In this document: piece after piece, positions 27,641 to 36,246 of the stretch | How the letters are laid out: each line of letters opens with the position of its first letter | Numbering within the stretch: position 1 is the first letter of the stretch | Source: an uncultured Chloroflexota bacterium | GTDB taxonomy: Bacteria; Chloroflexota; Dehalococcoidia; Lucifugimonadales; UBA826 | Assembly (NCBI GenBank): GCA_913048525.1 | Contig: CAJWWP010000001.1 | Location: 47,074-111,073 of the forward strand | Length of the DNA: 64,000 bases | Direction of reading: 5' to 3' | Notes under the pieces: model-generated | What the model was told of the DNA's origin: nothing | Databases searched by the model: none | The model's input: only the letters and a program-made list of their open reading frames with translations | Position numbers and translations under genes: made by a program

Positions 27641-29086
27641 ATGACAATTGCTCGAAGAAATGTACAAGTTAACACTAAATACAGGCAGATAAGCCATCTT
27701 TTGAGGCGAGCAGGATTTGGTGCCACACCCGGTGAGATGGATCGCTATATGGGAATGGATTATTCAGAGGTTGTCGATGAACTTCTCAATGTACCAGGAA
27801 CATCTGCTATGCCAAATGACGTGATATTCAGAATGTTTCCCGAATATCACGCTTCCCTTGGTGTAGACGCATGTGCCAATTGGGCTTACAGAATGGTTTC
27901 TACAGATAATCCGTTGGAAGAGAAAATAGCTCTTTTCTGGCATGGAATATTCGCTACTGGGAATGACAAGCTCAACAATCCACTGGTTTTACTTAATCAG
28001 ATTGACACATTTAGAAGAAACGGAATGAGTAGATTTGACGATATATTGCTCGATCTCTCCAGAGACCCCGCCATGTTGATTTGGCTGGATAATCAGACTA
28101 ACCATAAGGATTCAATTAACGAGAATTATGGACGAGAAATCCTAGAATTATTCTCAATGGGTGTTGGTAATTATACCGAAGATGACATCAAAGAATGCGC
28201 TCGAGCTTTTACAGGATGGTCGGTAAAAAATGCCGAGTACATGGCTTTGATGGGCCAAAAAGACTCGATATGGCCCTATAGCAGAATTTCATGGCATTAC
28301 GAGTATTGTCAGAATGATCATGATGATAGTGAAAAGACTTTCCTAGGCGAAATGGGTAAATTCGGCGGGGAGGATATTATAGAAATTATTTGCAGACAAG
28401 AATCCACAGCAAAATTTATATCGCGGCATTTATATAATTTTTTCGTGGAGGATGAGGTTCAAGTGCCTTCATGGCAGGATGTGCCTCCTAAGAATCCCGA
28501 GGCAATATCTACTCTGATGGAGGCATATTTTGAGCACGGGCATGATTTAAATAAGGTTCTGAAGGTTCTTTTTGAATCCGATTTCTTTAAAGAATCTGAG
28601 TATAAGAAAGTTAAGGGTCCGGCGGAGATGGTTATTAATGTCCTTCGCTTGTCAGGTGGGTTTGAGGAGCCGAGCCTATCAATGATCCAGGCGGTTGACG
28701 AGGCAGGATTTATGGGGCAATTACTTTTTTACCCTCCATCAGTAGAAGGTTGGCACACCGGTCAGGAATGGATTACAAGCGGATCGGTGCTAGATAGAGT
28801 AAATTTTTCGTCAGCTCGCTTAACCGATCTGTCTTCTCCAGGCATTAGAGATATAGTAAACAGAGTAAGGAACCGTTGTGGGGCTGATACAAGACCAGAT
28901 TATGTAATACAAGTTTTTCTTGAGCTTTTGGGAATAATTGAAATTTCGGATATGACATTTGATCTATTGTTGGAGGTCTGTGGTGGAGAGAATTCCGTGA
29001 TTGACGTAACTACCGGGAGTTTTGATGTGATGGCATCGAATCTCCTACGTGTTATAGGCTCTTCGAAAGAGTTTCACTTAGTGTAA
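27641..29086 (+). CDS. DUF1800 family protein (paralog 2)
   Basis: 481 aa. HLLRRAGFGATPGEM, IWLDNQTNHK, NENYGREILELFSMGVGNYTEDDIK. Long peptide blocks are shared with 21264..22655. Confidence 0.7.
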   Translation: MTIARRNVQVNTKYRQISHLLRRAGFGATPGEMDRYMGMDYSEVVDELLNVPGTSAMPNDVIFRMFPEYHASLGVDACANWAYRMVSTDNPLEEKIALFWHGIFATGNDKLNNPLVLLNQIDTFRRNGMSRFDDILLDLSRDPAMLIWLDNQTNHKDSINENYGREILELFSMGVGNYTEDDIKECARAFTGWSVKNAEYMALMGQKDSIWPYSRISWHYEYCQNDHDDSEKTFLGEMGKFGGEDIIEIICRQESTAKFISRHLYNFFVEDEVQVPSWQDVPPKNPEAISTLMEAYFEHGHDLNKVLKVLFESDFFKESEYKKVKGPAEMVINVLRLSGGFEEPSLSMIQAVDEAGFMGQLLFYPPSVEGWHTGQEWITSGSVLDRVNFSSARLTDLSSPGIRDIVNRVRNRCGADTRPDYVIQVFLELLGIIEISDMTFDLLLEVCGGENSVIDVTTGSFDVMASNLLRVIGSSKEFHLV

Positions 29087-29414
29087 TTATCCGGATTATG
29101 GAAATACGACTTTGTCTTCAATTCCGGACTGGAATAAGTCACCTTCAAAATAGAATTTTGCAATCTCTTTTTCGTCCAACTCATTCAGCGATATCGTCCA
29201 CATAGCCAGGGGGTAAAGCGACAAGCACCATAAACCCTCACCATTTCTCATGAGGTTTCAAGCGTGGGGAGAGTTACCCTATATTTGAGCTCAGTCCCGC
29301 ATAAAATTTTGAATGCATTTAGTATAACGATCCACCATTTGGAGCTCCAACCCAAATGACGGATTGTCTACTACACACATACCTCTGTGAATGAAAAAAA
29401 AGAGGAAAAAATTA

Positions 29415-29987
29415 ATGAATGACTTTGACGCATTAGTTTCTAAAATTGAACAAATCGCAAAAAATAAGCCGCACACAATTATAGGAATTACGGGGTTTGG
29501 AGGATCAGGTAAATCATATTTAACAGATAGACTGAAAGACCATTTTGGTATTAATGACGATCAGATTGTTCGAATTGATAATTTATATGGTCTAAATCCT
29601 AACGGGCCAGGGATATTTGATCAGAGTGATTGGAATCTCATAGAACATATTCTTAAAGATTCAAGTGCTGGTAAGAGGATTAAATATCAAGGAAAGGACA
29701 ATAAAGGAAAGGTTCTATATTTTGACGAAGATTTACCCGAAATAGTTATTTTCGAGGGAATAAGACTACTGCAGCCAGAGTTTAATCAATATTTTGACAT
29801 AAGTGTGTGGATTGACTGTCCTCAAGATTTCGCCATCGAACGTGCGAAGGCTAGAGATCGCTCACAAGGAGCAGATGAAGAAACCGTAGGTGGCTGGGAT
29901 ACTGATTGGGGACCAAAGGACAAAAAATATTTTGACTCCTATAGACCTGATCAATTAGCAAACTTTATCTACAGGGATTATCAATAA
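29415..29987 (+). CDS. uridine kinase/phosphoribulokinase-family P-loop kinase
   Basis: Walker A GITGFGGSGKS, Walker-B-like IVIFEGI, and a lid-like region WIDCPQDFAIERAKARD. ATG 29415 follows AGAGGA by 8 nt; the longest ORF starts at ATG 29391. Confidence 0.6.
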   Translation: MNDFDALVSKIEQIAKNKPHTIIGITGFGGSGKSYLTDRLKDHFGINDDQIVRIDNLYGLNPNGPGIFDQSDWNLIEHILKDSSAGKRIKYQGKDNKGKVLYFDEDLPEIVIFEGIRLLQPEFNQYFDISVWIDCPQDFAIERAKARDRSQGADEETVGGWDTDWGPKDKKYFDSYRPDQLANFIYRDYQ

Positions 29988-30064
29988 GTGAGAAAAAAGA
30001 TTTATAGTTTATCCGATTCCTAGAAACCGATCGATCGAATGCTTAATTATAGAAGGTGAGGAAT

Positions 30065-31666
30065 ATGCCAATTGATCACGACCGAGAGTACTGGAAGCCT
30101 GGAATGCCCTGGGACAAGGCTCTTGAAGATATCGAGTATGTTAAGGAACTTGCCAGCGAAATGGGAGGTTCGGATCGAATCGAACGCCAACACAGTGGGG
30201 GCCGATATACGGTCAGGGAAAGGATAGAAAAGATTCTAGACTCTGGTAGTTTTCTTGAAGCTGGACCAATGGTGGGAGCCGCCGAATTTGACGATGATGG
30301 CAATCTGAAAGAATTTACTCCCGGAGCCTACGTCATGGGGCTTGGAGAAATAGATGGCCGTCCAGTTGCAATTGGAGGTGATGATTTCACGATTTCGGGT
30401 GGTAGTCCCCACAATGTCAGGAAAAATTCTCGCCAATTCACACAACCACTGGCGATGCAATATGGCATTCCATATGTGCAGCTGGTTGAGGGTGTTGGGC
30501 ATAGTGCGAAAGCGGATGAGGCGGCAGGTCATATGGGACTTCCGGATGGATCACAGTGGCATGAAGGAGTGGAACTTTTAAAAAAAGTTCCTGTTGCTGC
30601 TGGAATAATGGGTTCGGTTGCAGGGGCTCCGGCAGCTTACGCTTTAATGTCTCACTTTACGGTTATGGTAAAGGAGCAATCCCAAATATTCCCCTCTGGA
30701 CCTCCTGTGGTTAGACGTGCGATTGGGGAAACTCTTGATAAAGAAGAACTTGGCGGATACAGGATGCATGTTCATGACAGTGGTCAGGTTGATAATGTTG
30801 CCGATACTGAAGAAGAGGCTTTTGAACAGATTAAAAAGTTTATATCCTACCTACCCAATACCACATCCGATGTCGCAGACCGCGTGGAAACTGGTGATTC
30901 TCCAGATAGGAGACCTGAAGAATTACTAAGCATTATTCCACCTAATCGAAAGCGTTCATATGACCCTCGTAAACTTATAAGTTTGGTTGTCGACAATGGT
31001 GATTTTTTTGAGATGAGGAGACATTGGGCAGGGGCTGTTATCACGGGATTTGCAAGACTGGATGGGTACAGCGTTGGTATCGTAGGTAGCGACCCAAGAT
31101 TTCTCGCAGGTGCTATGGACGGCTGGGCGGCTGAAAAATATACTCACTTTCTCGATCTCTGCGATGCCTTCAATTTGCCGGTTGTGGTATTTCTGGACAT
31201 GCCCGGGTTTATGTTGGGATCCCATGCGGAGAGAAAGGCCACTATGAGGAGGGGAGTGAGAGCGCTCATTGCTAGCGCAGAGGCCGAAATTCCCAAAGTA
31301 GAATTCAATGTAAGAAAGGCGTATGGAGTTGCTGCTGACGCAATACATAGTCTCGGACATCCCAATGGATTAAATCTTCGTTATGGCTGGCCCGCGGGAG
31401 AATGGGGTGGGATACCAATAGAAGGGGGTGTTGCTGCCGCTTACAGAAGGGAAATTGAATCTGCGGAAGATCCGGAAGCACACAGGGAGATGATTGAGAA
31501 TAGGTTACTAAGACTCAGATCCCCTTTTAGAGCTGCCTACAAAGGCGACGTGGTTGATCTAATAGACCCGAGAGATACTAGGCGGTTAGCATGTAAGTTT
31601 GTGAAGTTGGCCCAACCTATGCTGGCCAAACTTTCACAGAGGCCTAAGAGGGCTGTTAGGCCATAA
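30065..31666 (+). CDS. acyl-CoA carboxyltransferase (biotin-dependent carboxylase beta / 12S-type subunit)
   Basis: About 533 aa. RIERQHSGGRYTVRERIEKILDSGSFLE at the N-terminus and two crotonase-like halves (GGDDFTISGGS ... FLDMPGFMLG) are typical of the carboxyl_trans domain. The longest ORF starts at GTG 30056. Confidence 0.85.
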   Translation: MPIDHDREYWKPGMPWDKALEDIEYVKELASEMGGSDRIERQHSGGRYTVRERIEKILDSGSFLEAGPMVGAAEFDDDGNLKEFTPGAYVMGLGEIDGRPVAIGGDDFTISGGSPHNVRKNSRQFTQPLAMQYGIPYVQLVEGVGHSAKADEAAGHMGLPDGSQWHEGVELLKKVPVAAGIMGSVAGAPAAYALMSHFTVMVKEQSQIFPSGPPVVRRAIGETLDKEELGGYRMHVHDSGQVDNVADTEEEAFEQIKKFISYLPNTTSDVADRVETGDSPDRRPEELLSIIPPNRKRSYDPRKLISLVVDNGDFFEMRRHWAGAVITGFARLDGYSVGIVGSDPRFLAGAMDGWAAEKYTHFLDLCDAFNLPVVVFLDMPGFMLGSHAERKATMRRGVRALIASAEAEIPKVEFNVRKAYGVAADAIHSLGHPNGLNLRYGWPAGEWGGIPIEGGVAAAYRREIESAEDPEAHREMIENRLLRLRSPFRAAYKGDVVDLIDPRDTRRLACKFVKLAQPMLAKLSQRPKRAVRP

Positions 31667-32859
31667 TGGGGAAGATTCCTAAAGGAAACAGTCATCAACT
31701 TCCTCTTGAAGGGACAAGAGTTCTAGAGGTATCCGAGGGTGTTGCCGGTCCGTACTGTGGTAGGTATCTAGCATCGCTGGGTGCTGAAGTTGTTAAGATT
31801 GAGCGTCCTCCACTTGGCGACTGGACCAGAGAAGTGGGCCCATTTATTGAGGGTCTGCCTCCCGGGGATAATAGCGCTCTTAACTTATACAACAATCAAG
31901 GAAAGAAGTCCGTCCTGTTGGAATGGACATCCAACAACGGGTTTGAGAACCTCCAATCTTTAGTGCCGGGGTTCGATATTCTTATAGAAGATTGGGATTT
32001 AAATCTTAGGGATGATATTGGTGTCGAGCGTAGTAGATTCGTTGATTCCAATCCAGGACTTATAGAGATTTCAGTGACTCCGTTTGGGCTTTCTGGTCCG
32101 TATGCAAGATGGAAGTCAAGTCCACTTGTCCAGCTGGCTCTGGGCGGATATATGTATCTCACAGGTGAAAGGGGTAAGGAACCTCTGATGCTTCCTGGGA
32201 GACAGCCTGATTATTTGACCGGTTTGAATGCTAGTGCTGCAGTCCACATAGCGCTATGGGAGAGGGAAAGGAGCGGGTCTGGGCAATTCCTCGAGATGTC
32301 TATGTTGGAGACCCTTGCAACATTGCATCAGTTTACAATGGAAATGACTACCTTTGAGGGAGTTCTTCGGATGAGAAACGGGAATCAGTGGCAGAAGGAG
32401 AGCTCTTTTGCATCGTACGGAATAACTACTTTGCCTTGTAGTGACGGGTACATCTGTTTTGGTATTTCTACAGAAGATCAATGGGAGCGTCTATGCGCAA
32501 TGATAGGTAGGGAAGATCTAATAGATGACCCAAATTACGATACCAGAATAAAAAGAGCTGATAACTCGGAATATCTTGACGAACTTCTTACTGAATGGAT
32601 TTCGAATCGCACCCGGCGTGAAATCTTTGTGGAAACTTCAGAAATTTGGGGACTGCCAACTGCACCAATTCTCGATATGTCTGAAGTAGTAAAAGACGAG
32701 CAGTTCATCTACAGAAATATTTTCCACGACCAAGTGCTTGGTAAAGGGCAGACTGTCACATTCCCTAAATATCCATATATTGCTTCGGAGATGAAGCCTA
32801 GGATAGGAATGGCACCGCGTCTTGGTGAACATACTGAAGATGTGTTGAGGACTAAGTGA
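31666..32859 (+). CDS. family III (CaiB/BaiF) CoA-transferase, subunit/paralog A
   Basis: 397 aa. LGAEVVKIERPPLGDWTR motif. The start ATG overlaps the upstream stop (TAATG). Confidence 0.85.
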   Translation: MGKIPKGNSHQLPLEGTRVLEVSEGVAGPYCGRYLASLGAEVVKIERPPLGDWTREVGPFIEGLPPGDNSALNLYNNQGKKSVLLEWTSNNGFENLQSLVPGFDILIEDWDLNLRDDIGVERSRFVDSNPGLIEISVTPFGLSGPYARWKSSPLVQLALGGYMYLTGERGKEPLMLPGRQPDYLTGLNASAAVHIALWERERSGSGQFLEMSMLETLATLHQFTMEMTTFEGVLRMRNGNQWQKESSFASYGITTLPCSDGYICFGISTEDQWERLCAMIGREDLIDDPNYDTRIKRADNSEYLDELLTEWISNRTRREIFVETSEIWGLPTAPILDMSEVVKDEQFIYRNIFHDQVLGKGQTVTFPKYPYIASEMKPRIGMAPRLGEHTEDVLRTK

Positions 32860-34055
32860 ATATGGTTCAGGGCCTTGTTTCCTCAGGAAGCCTATCGAAT
32901 ATTCGTGTTCTTGACCTAACTCGAGTTTGGGCTGGTCCTTTGGCGACTAGAGTGATGGGTGACTTTGGTGCTGACATAATCAAGATAAGTGATCCTAGAG
33001 TACAACTTCTGAGTTCCAACGGTCTAAACCACAAACTTAACCGCAACAAAAGAAATATTGGGATCAGGCTGGATATAGAGGAAGGAAGAGAAATATTGCT
33101 TGGACTTGTAAGAAAGTCTGACGTAATAGTTGAGAACTTCCGGCCCCGAGTGATGAGAAATTTGAAGATAGATTATGAAGTTCTCAAAACTGTTAAACCA
33201 GATATTATTTTTGTGTCGATGCCTGGTTTTGGAGCGAATGGGCCTTATTCTGAGTACCCTGCGTTTGGAACGACAGCTGAGGCAGTAGCTGGTATTCCCT
33301 CCCTTATAGGCTACGGAGACGGAGTGCCAATATCTACCGGTATAGCTTATGGTGATCCTGTCTCGGGTCTGAATGCCATAACTTTAATAATGGCTGCTCT
33401 CCGAATGAGGAATAAGACAGGACACGGACAATTTATAGACATCGCATTGTCAGCAAGTCCACTGTGCAATATTGGCGAGTATGTTGCAGCATATTCGAGC
33501 TCAGAAAACATCACCAGTCCCTCCGGCAACAGGTCTATAGAATATTCTCCGCAAGGTGCTTTTCGATGCAGGGGAAGAGATCAATGGATTGGTATCAGTG
33601 TCTTTAATGACGACGAGTGGATGAACTTGAAAGACTTAGTTAGTGATCCCGATCTCAATAACATAGAAACGTTTAGCTTGGAACAAAGACAAGATAATGA
33701 GGAGATCATAGAAGGAGCAATAGCAAAATGGACGTCTAGGCTTGACGTATTTGAAGCCGTTTCTCTTCTTCAGGAAAATGGCGTCAGGGCTGGTACGGTC
33801 AGCAGTGGCGCTCAACTCTTGGAGGATCCTCACCTAAACGATCGGGATTTCTTTTTTGATCTTGAAGAGAAAGAATATGGGTGGAAAAGATATGATGGGA
33901 ATTCCATTCCCGGGAATAGGATTCCCAAGTCTCAATGGAGTCCAACCAACAATGTTGGTGTTAATAGCAAAGAAATACTAACCGATTTATTAGGGTATAC
34001 AGAATCTTTTTGCGAAGCCCTGGCCTCAAAGGAAGCGGTTTATTTTGAGGAGTGA
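32856..34055 (+). CDS. family III (CaiB/BaiF) CoA-transferase, subunit/paralog B
   Basis: 399 aa. FGADIIKISDP and the catalytic-Asp context IAYGDPVSGLNA. The GTG start overlaps the upstream TGA (GTGA); ATG 32862 is an alternative start. Confidence 0.85.
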   Translation: MNMVQGLVSSGSLSNIRVLDLTRVWAGPLATRVMGDFGADIIKISDPRVQLLSSNGLNHKLNRNKRNIGIRLDIEEGREILLGLVRKSDVIVENFRPRVMRNLKIDYEVLKTVKPDIIFVSMPGFGANGPYSEYPAFGTTAEAVAGIPSLIGYGDGVPISTGIAYGDPVSGLNAITLIMAALRMRNKTGHGQFIDIALSASPLCNIGEYVAAYSSSENITSPSGNRSIEYSPQGAFRCRGRDQWIGISVFNDDEWMNLKDLVSDPDLNNIETFSLEQRQDNEEIIEGAIAKWTSRLDVFEAVSLLQENGVRAGTVSSGAQLLEDPHLNDRDFFFDLEEKEYGWKRYDGNSIPGNRIPKSQWSPTNNVGVNSKEILTDLLGYTESFCEALASKEAVYFEE

Positions 34056-34080
34056 ACGTTGAAAGAAAGGAGTCTTAAGA

Positions 34081-34302
34081 ATGGCAGTCCATGAAGTAAA
34101 ATCCCCGATGACCGGTCGGGTTGTAGAGGTACTAGTTTCGGTTGGTGATCACGTAGTAGAGGCAGATCTCCTAGTGGTTGTTGAATCGATGAAGATGGAG
34201 AATGAGGTTTTCTCTGAAGTTGCAGGGACTGTATCCGAAGTACGGGTAGAAGAGGACCAAAACGTGAGCGAGGAGGAAGTTATCTTTGTTATATCTGACT
34301 GA
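34081..34302 (+). CDS. stand-alone biotinyl/lipoyl carrier domain protein (mini-BCCP)
   Basis: 73 aa. Biotinylation motif VVESMKMENEV (Lys38, nt 34192-34194). AAGGAG SD. Confidence 0.8.
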   Translation: MAVHEVKSPMTGRVVEVLVSVGDHVVEADLLVVVESMKMENEVFSEVAGTVSEVRVEEDQNVSEEEVIFVISD

Positions 34303-34358
34303 GTTTGAAATAGCATATTTCGTAGCTAAATTAAACGATATGTGAAAGAGGTATCTTA

Positions 34359-34721
34359 GTGAAAGTTGCGTACATATTAAATACCCCGAATGCGGCAAAT
34401 TATAAGGTTGGATCCATGATTCTTCCACAACTTGAGGCCGGAACCCATGGTGTTGACGTATTGGGGATATTTTTCTTTGATGATAATTGTTTCATGTTGC
34501 GGGAAGGAGATCCTAAGGGAGAAAGGCTAGCTGCCATCGCTAAAGAAAAAGGAATGCTGCTAATGATGTGTGATCAATGCGCAATTCAAAGAGGCTTGGC
34601 GACTGGTGAAACAGGGGAGGCTGAGGTTAATGGAGTGGCCGAAGGGGTGTCGGTGGGATGTTTCCCGGATCTTTATGCCGCTCTTGCTCCTAATCCTCCT
34701 GACCAGGTGATATCTCTGTAG
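34359..34721 (+). CDS. DsrE/TusD-like small protein (tentative)
   Basis: 120 aa. MKVAYILN start, FFFDDNCF and MCDQCAIQRGL resemble the DsrE-family pattern (FF..DGV ... C..(C/A)...RG(L/I)). GTG start with AAGAGG SD. Confidence 0.4.
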   Translation: MKVAYILNTPNAANYKVGSMILPQLEAGTHGVDVLGIFFFDDNCFMLREGDPKGERLAAIAKEKGMLLMMCDQCAIQRGLATGETGEAEVNGVAEGVSVGCFPDLYAALAPNPPDQVISL

Positions 34722-34760
34722 AAAACGTCCATATTAATCAGCTACACCAAAGTACATATA

Positions 34761-35486
34761 ATGATGTATATGGCGTCTCTTCCCTTACATAAAATCCGCA
34801 TTTTGCATACGTCAGATACACATCTTGGTGACCCTTATGGGCACCCGATATCTGAAATAGCTTTTGCATCAACTGTTAGAGCCGCTGATGTTTTCAATGC
34901 GGACTACATGCTAATTGCGGGGGATGTTTTTGATAATGCTCGGATTGAAGATTCGGTAATCAGTAATTTTTTTGATCAGCTTGCTAAATTAGATATCCCT
35001 GTGATTATTCTTCCTGGAAACCATGATTTGATGGATGAACATTCCTTGTACAAGCGGGATTTGTTTTTAAACGCACCCTCTAATCTCTATGTATTTAGTA
35101 GAAATGAAGGTGAATTATTCTCATTCCCTGAAATAGATTTTTGGGGCAAAGCTATGGTTGAGCATAGTCCTGAGTTCAAACCTCTTAATGGAATGGCACA
35201 GGCTTCTAGGAGCAAGTGGCTAGTAGGAATGGCCCACGGTCACTTCGAAGAAAAGGGTGTTGGAAGTGGACGATCATCTTTGATATTTCCTTCCGACATA
35301 GCCTCTCTTAGTTGCCACTATCTTGCTCTTGGCCATTGGGATGTCTACACGGATGTGTCGCAAGGAGATGTCCCCGCCTTCTATTCTGGAGCTCCCGCAG
35401 GTATATTCAGGTCTAATTTCTCTGCTATAACTGTTGACTTGGATCCAGAAAATGGTGTTACTCACCGCTTGAGGAAATTTGATTGA
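34761..35486 (+). CDS. calcineurin-like metallophosphoesterase
   Basis: 241 aa. The motifs occur in canonical order: HTSDTHLG, AGDVFD, GNHD, MAHGH, GHWD. Confidence 0.75.
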   Translation: MMYMASLPLHKIRILHTSDTHLGDPYGHPISEIAFASTVRAADVFNADYMLIAGDVFDNARIEDSVISNFFDQLAKLDIPVIILPGNHDLMDEHSLYKRDLFLNAPSNLYVFSRNEGELFSFPEIDFWGKAMVEHSPEFKPLNGMAQASRSKWLVGMAHGHFEEKGVGSGRSSLIFPSDIASLSCHYLALGHWDVYTDVSQGDVPAFYSGAPAGIFRSNFSAITVDLDPENGVTHRLRKFD

Positions 35487-35557
35487 TGCCGATGTGACTA
35501 CGATGCCTCTGTCGTATAACCTTCCAGTAAGTAAATAGGCACAATGAGGAGATTGTA

Positions 35558-36214
35558 GTGCACAAAATTGAAGACATGTGGATAACCCCTGGTCCTAGAC
35601 CTAATGGGCTTCAAGCCTCTGAAGAAGGGCTTTGGGTAATAGATGCAGGTAATAATCATGTATATCTTCTGGACTATGAAACGGGACAGCCCCATGTGGA
35701 CGTTGAAACGGAAACCTATAAATCCAGTGGGATCACAGCGATTCGAGAAGAATTGTGGGTTTCATCAACTCATAACTCGCGAATATATAGACTGGAGAAA
35801 GACGGAAGCACTATAGAATATTTTGATCCCCCAGGTCTAAATGATGTGGATCCACGGGATTCGGGACCCGACTATATAAGACCTCACGGGTTGGAATGGA
35901 TGAATAACAGCACGGTTTGGGTTTCTGTGAAGCCTGCTCTTCGGAATTATCTATTCGATATATCTACGAGACGCATTATTAAGTCTATACCCACTCCGGG
36001 AGTTGCTCCCCATGGATTAGCTTGGGATGGAGAGGGATTATGGTGTGCCGATAGAGCTAGCGGCACTATTCATAAACTTGAACCTGATTCCGGAGTTGTG
36101 TTGGATGAAATCAAGGTGCAGGAGCCGGAATTGCATGGACTGACGATTCACGAAAACTATCTGTGGTTTTGTTGCGATCCGAGCAGGCGCGTCTGTAGGA
36201 TTCAGTTGGATTGA
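35558..36214 (+). CDS. beta-propeller-like repeat protein (glutamine-cyclotransferase-like, tentative)
   Basis: 218 aa. Four spaced (P/L)(N/H)GL...W repeats: PNGLQASEEGLW, PHGLEW, PHGLAWDGEGLW, LHGLTIHENYLW. GTG start with GAGGAG SD. Confidence 0.35.
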   Translation: MHKIEDMWITPGPRPNGLQASEEGLWVIDAGNNHVYLLDYETGQPHVDVETETYKSSGITAIREELWVSSTHNSRIYRLEKDGSTIEYFDPPGLNDVDPRDSGPDYIRPHGLEWMNNSTVWVSVKPALRNYLFDISTRRIIKSIPTPGVAPHGLAWDGEGLWCADRASGTIHKLEPDSGVVLDEIKVQEPELHGLTIHENYLWFCCDPSRRVCRIQLD

Positions 36215-36246
36215 TCTGAACCCGAATTAATCAAGGAGAAAAATCC

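Noticed and set aside
19014-29086. Inverted gene duplication considered as a composite transposon or recent segmental duplication.
   Set aside because: There is no transposase or integrase and no terminal inverted repeats. The paralogs are only about 75-80% identical in their best-conserved DNA blocks by eye, and gene order differs between the copies. This is an ancient paralogy.
29211-29279. A tRNA-sized (69 nt) segment whose ends are complementary (GGGTAA ... TTACCC), with an internal CCTCA/TGAGG stem.
   Set aside because: No cloverleaf can be drawn. There is no T-loop GTTCRA consensus, the internal stem has a 10-nt loop rather than a 7-nt anticodon loop, and no D-arm is present. It overlaps the start of the small minus-strand ORF.
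29415-35486. P-loop kinase and SbcD-like metallophosphoesterase considered as parts of an anti-phage defence system.
   Set aside because: The two genes are not adjacent; they are separated by five metabolic genes. No nuclease, helicase, methylase, TIR, SIR2 or effector-like partner is present. Both sit in a metabolic gene train and nothing flanking them resembles a defence island.
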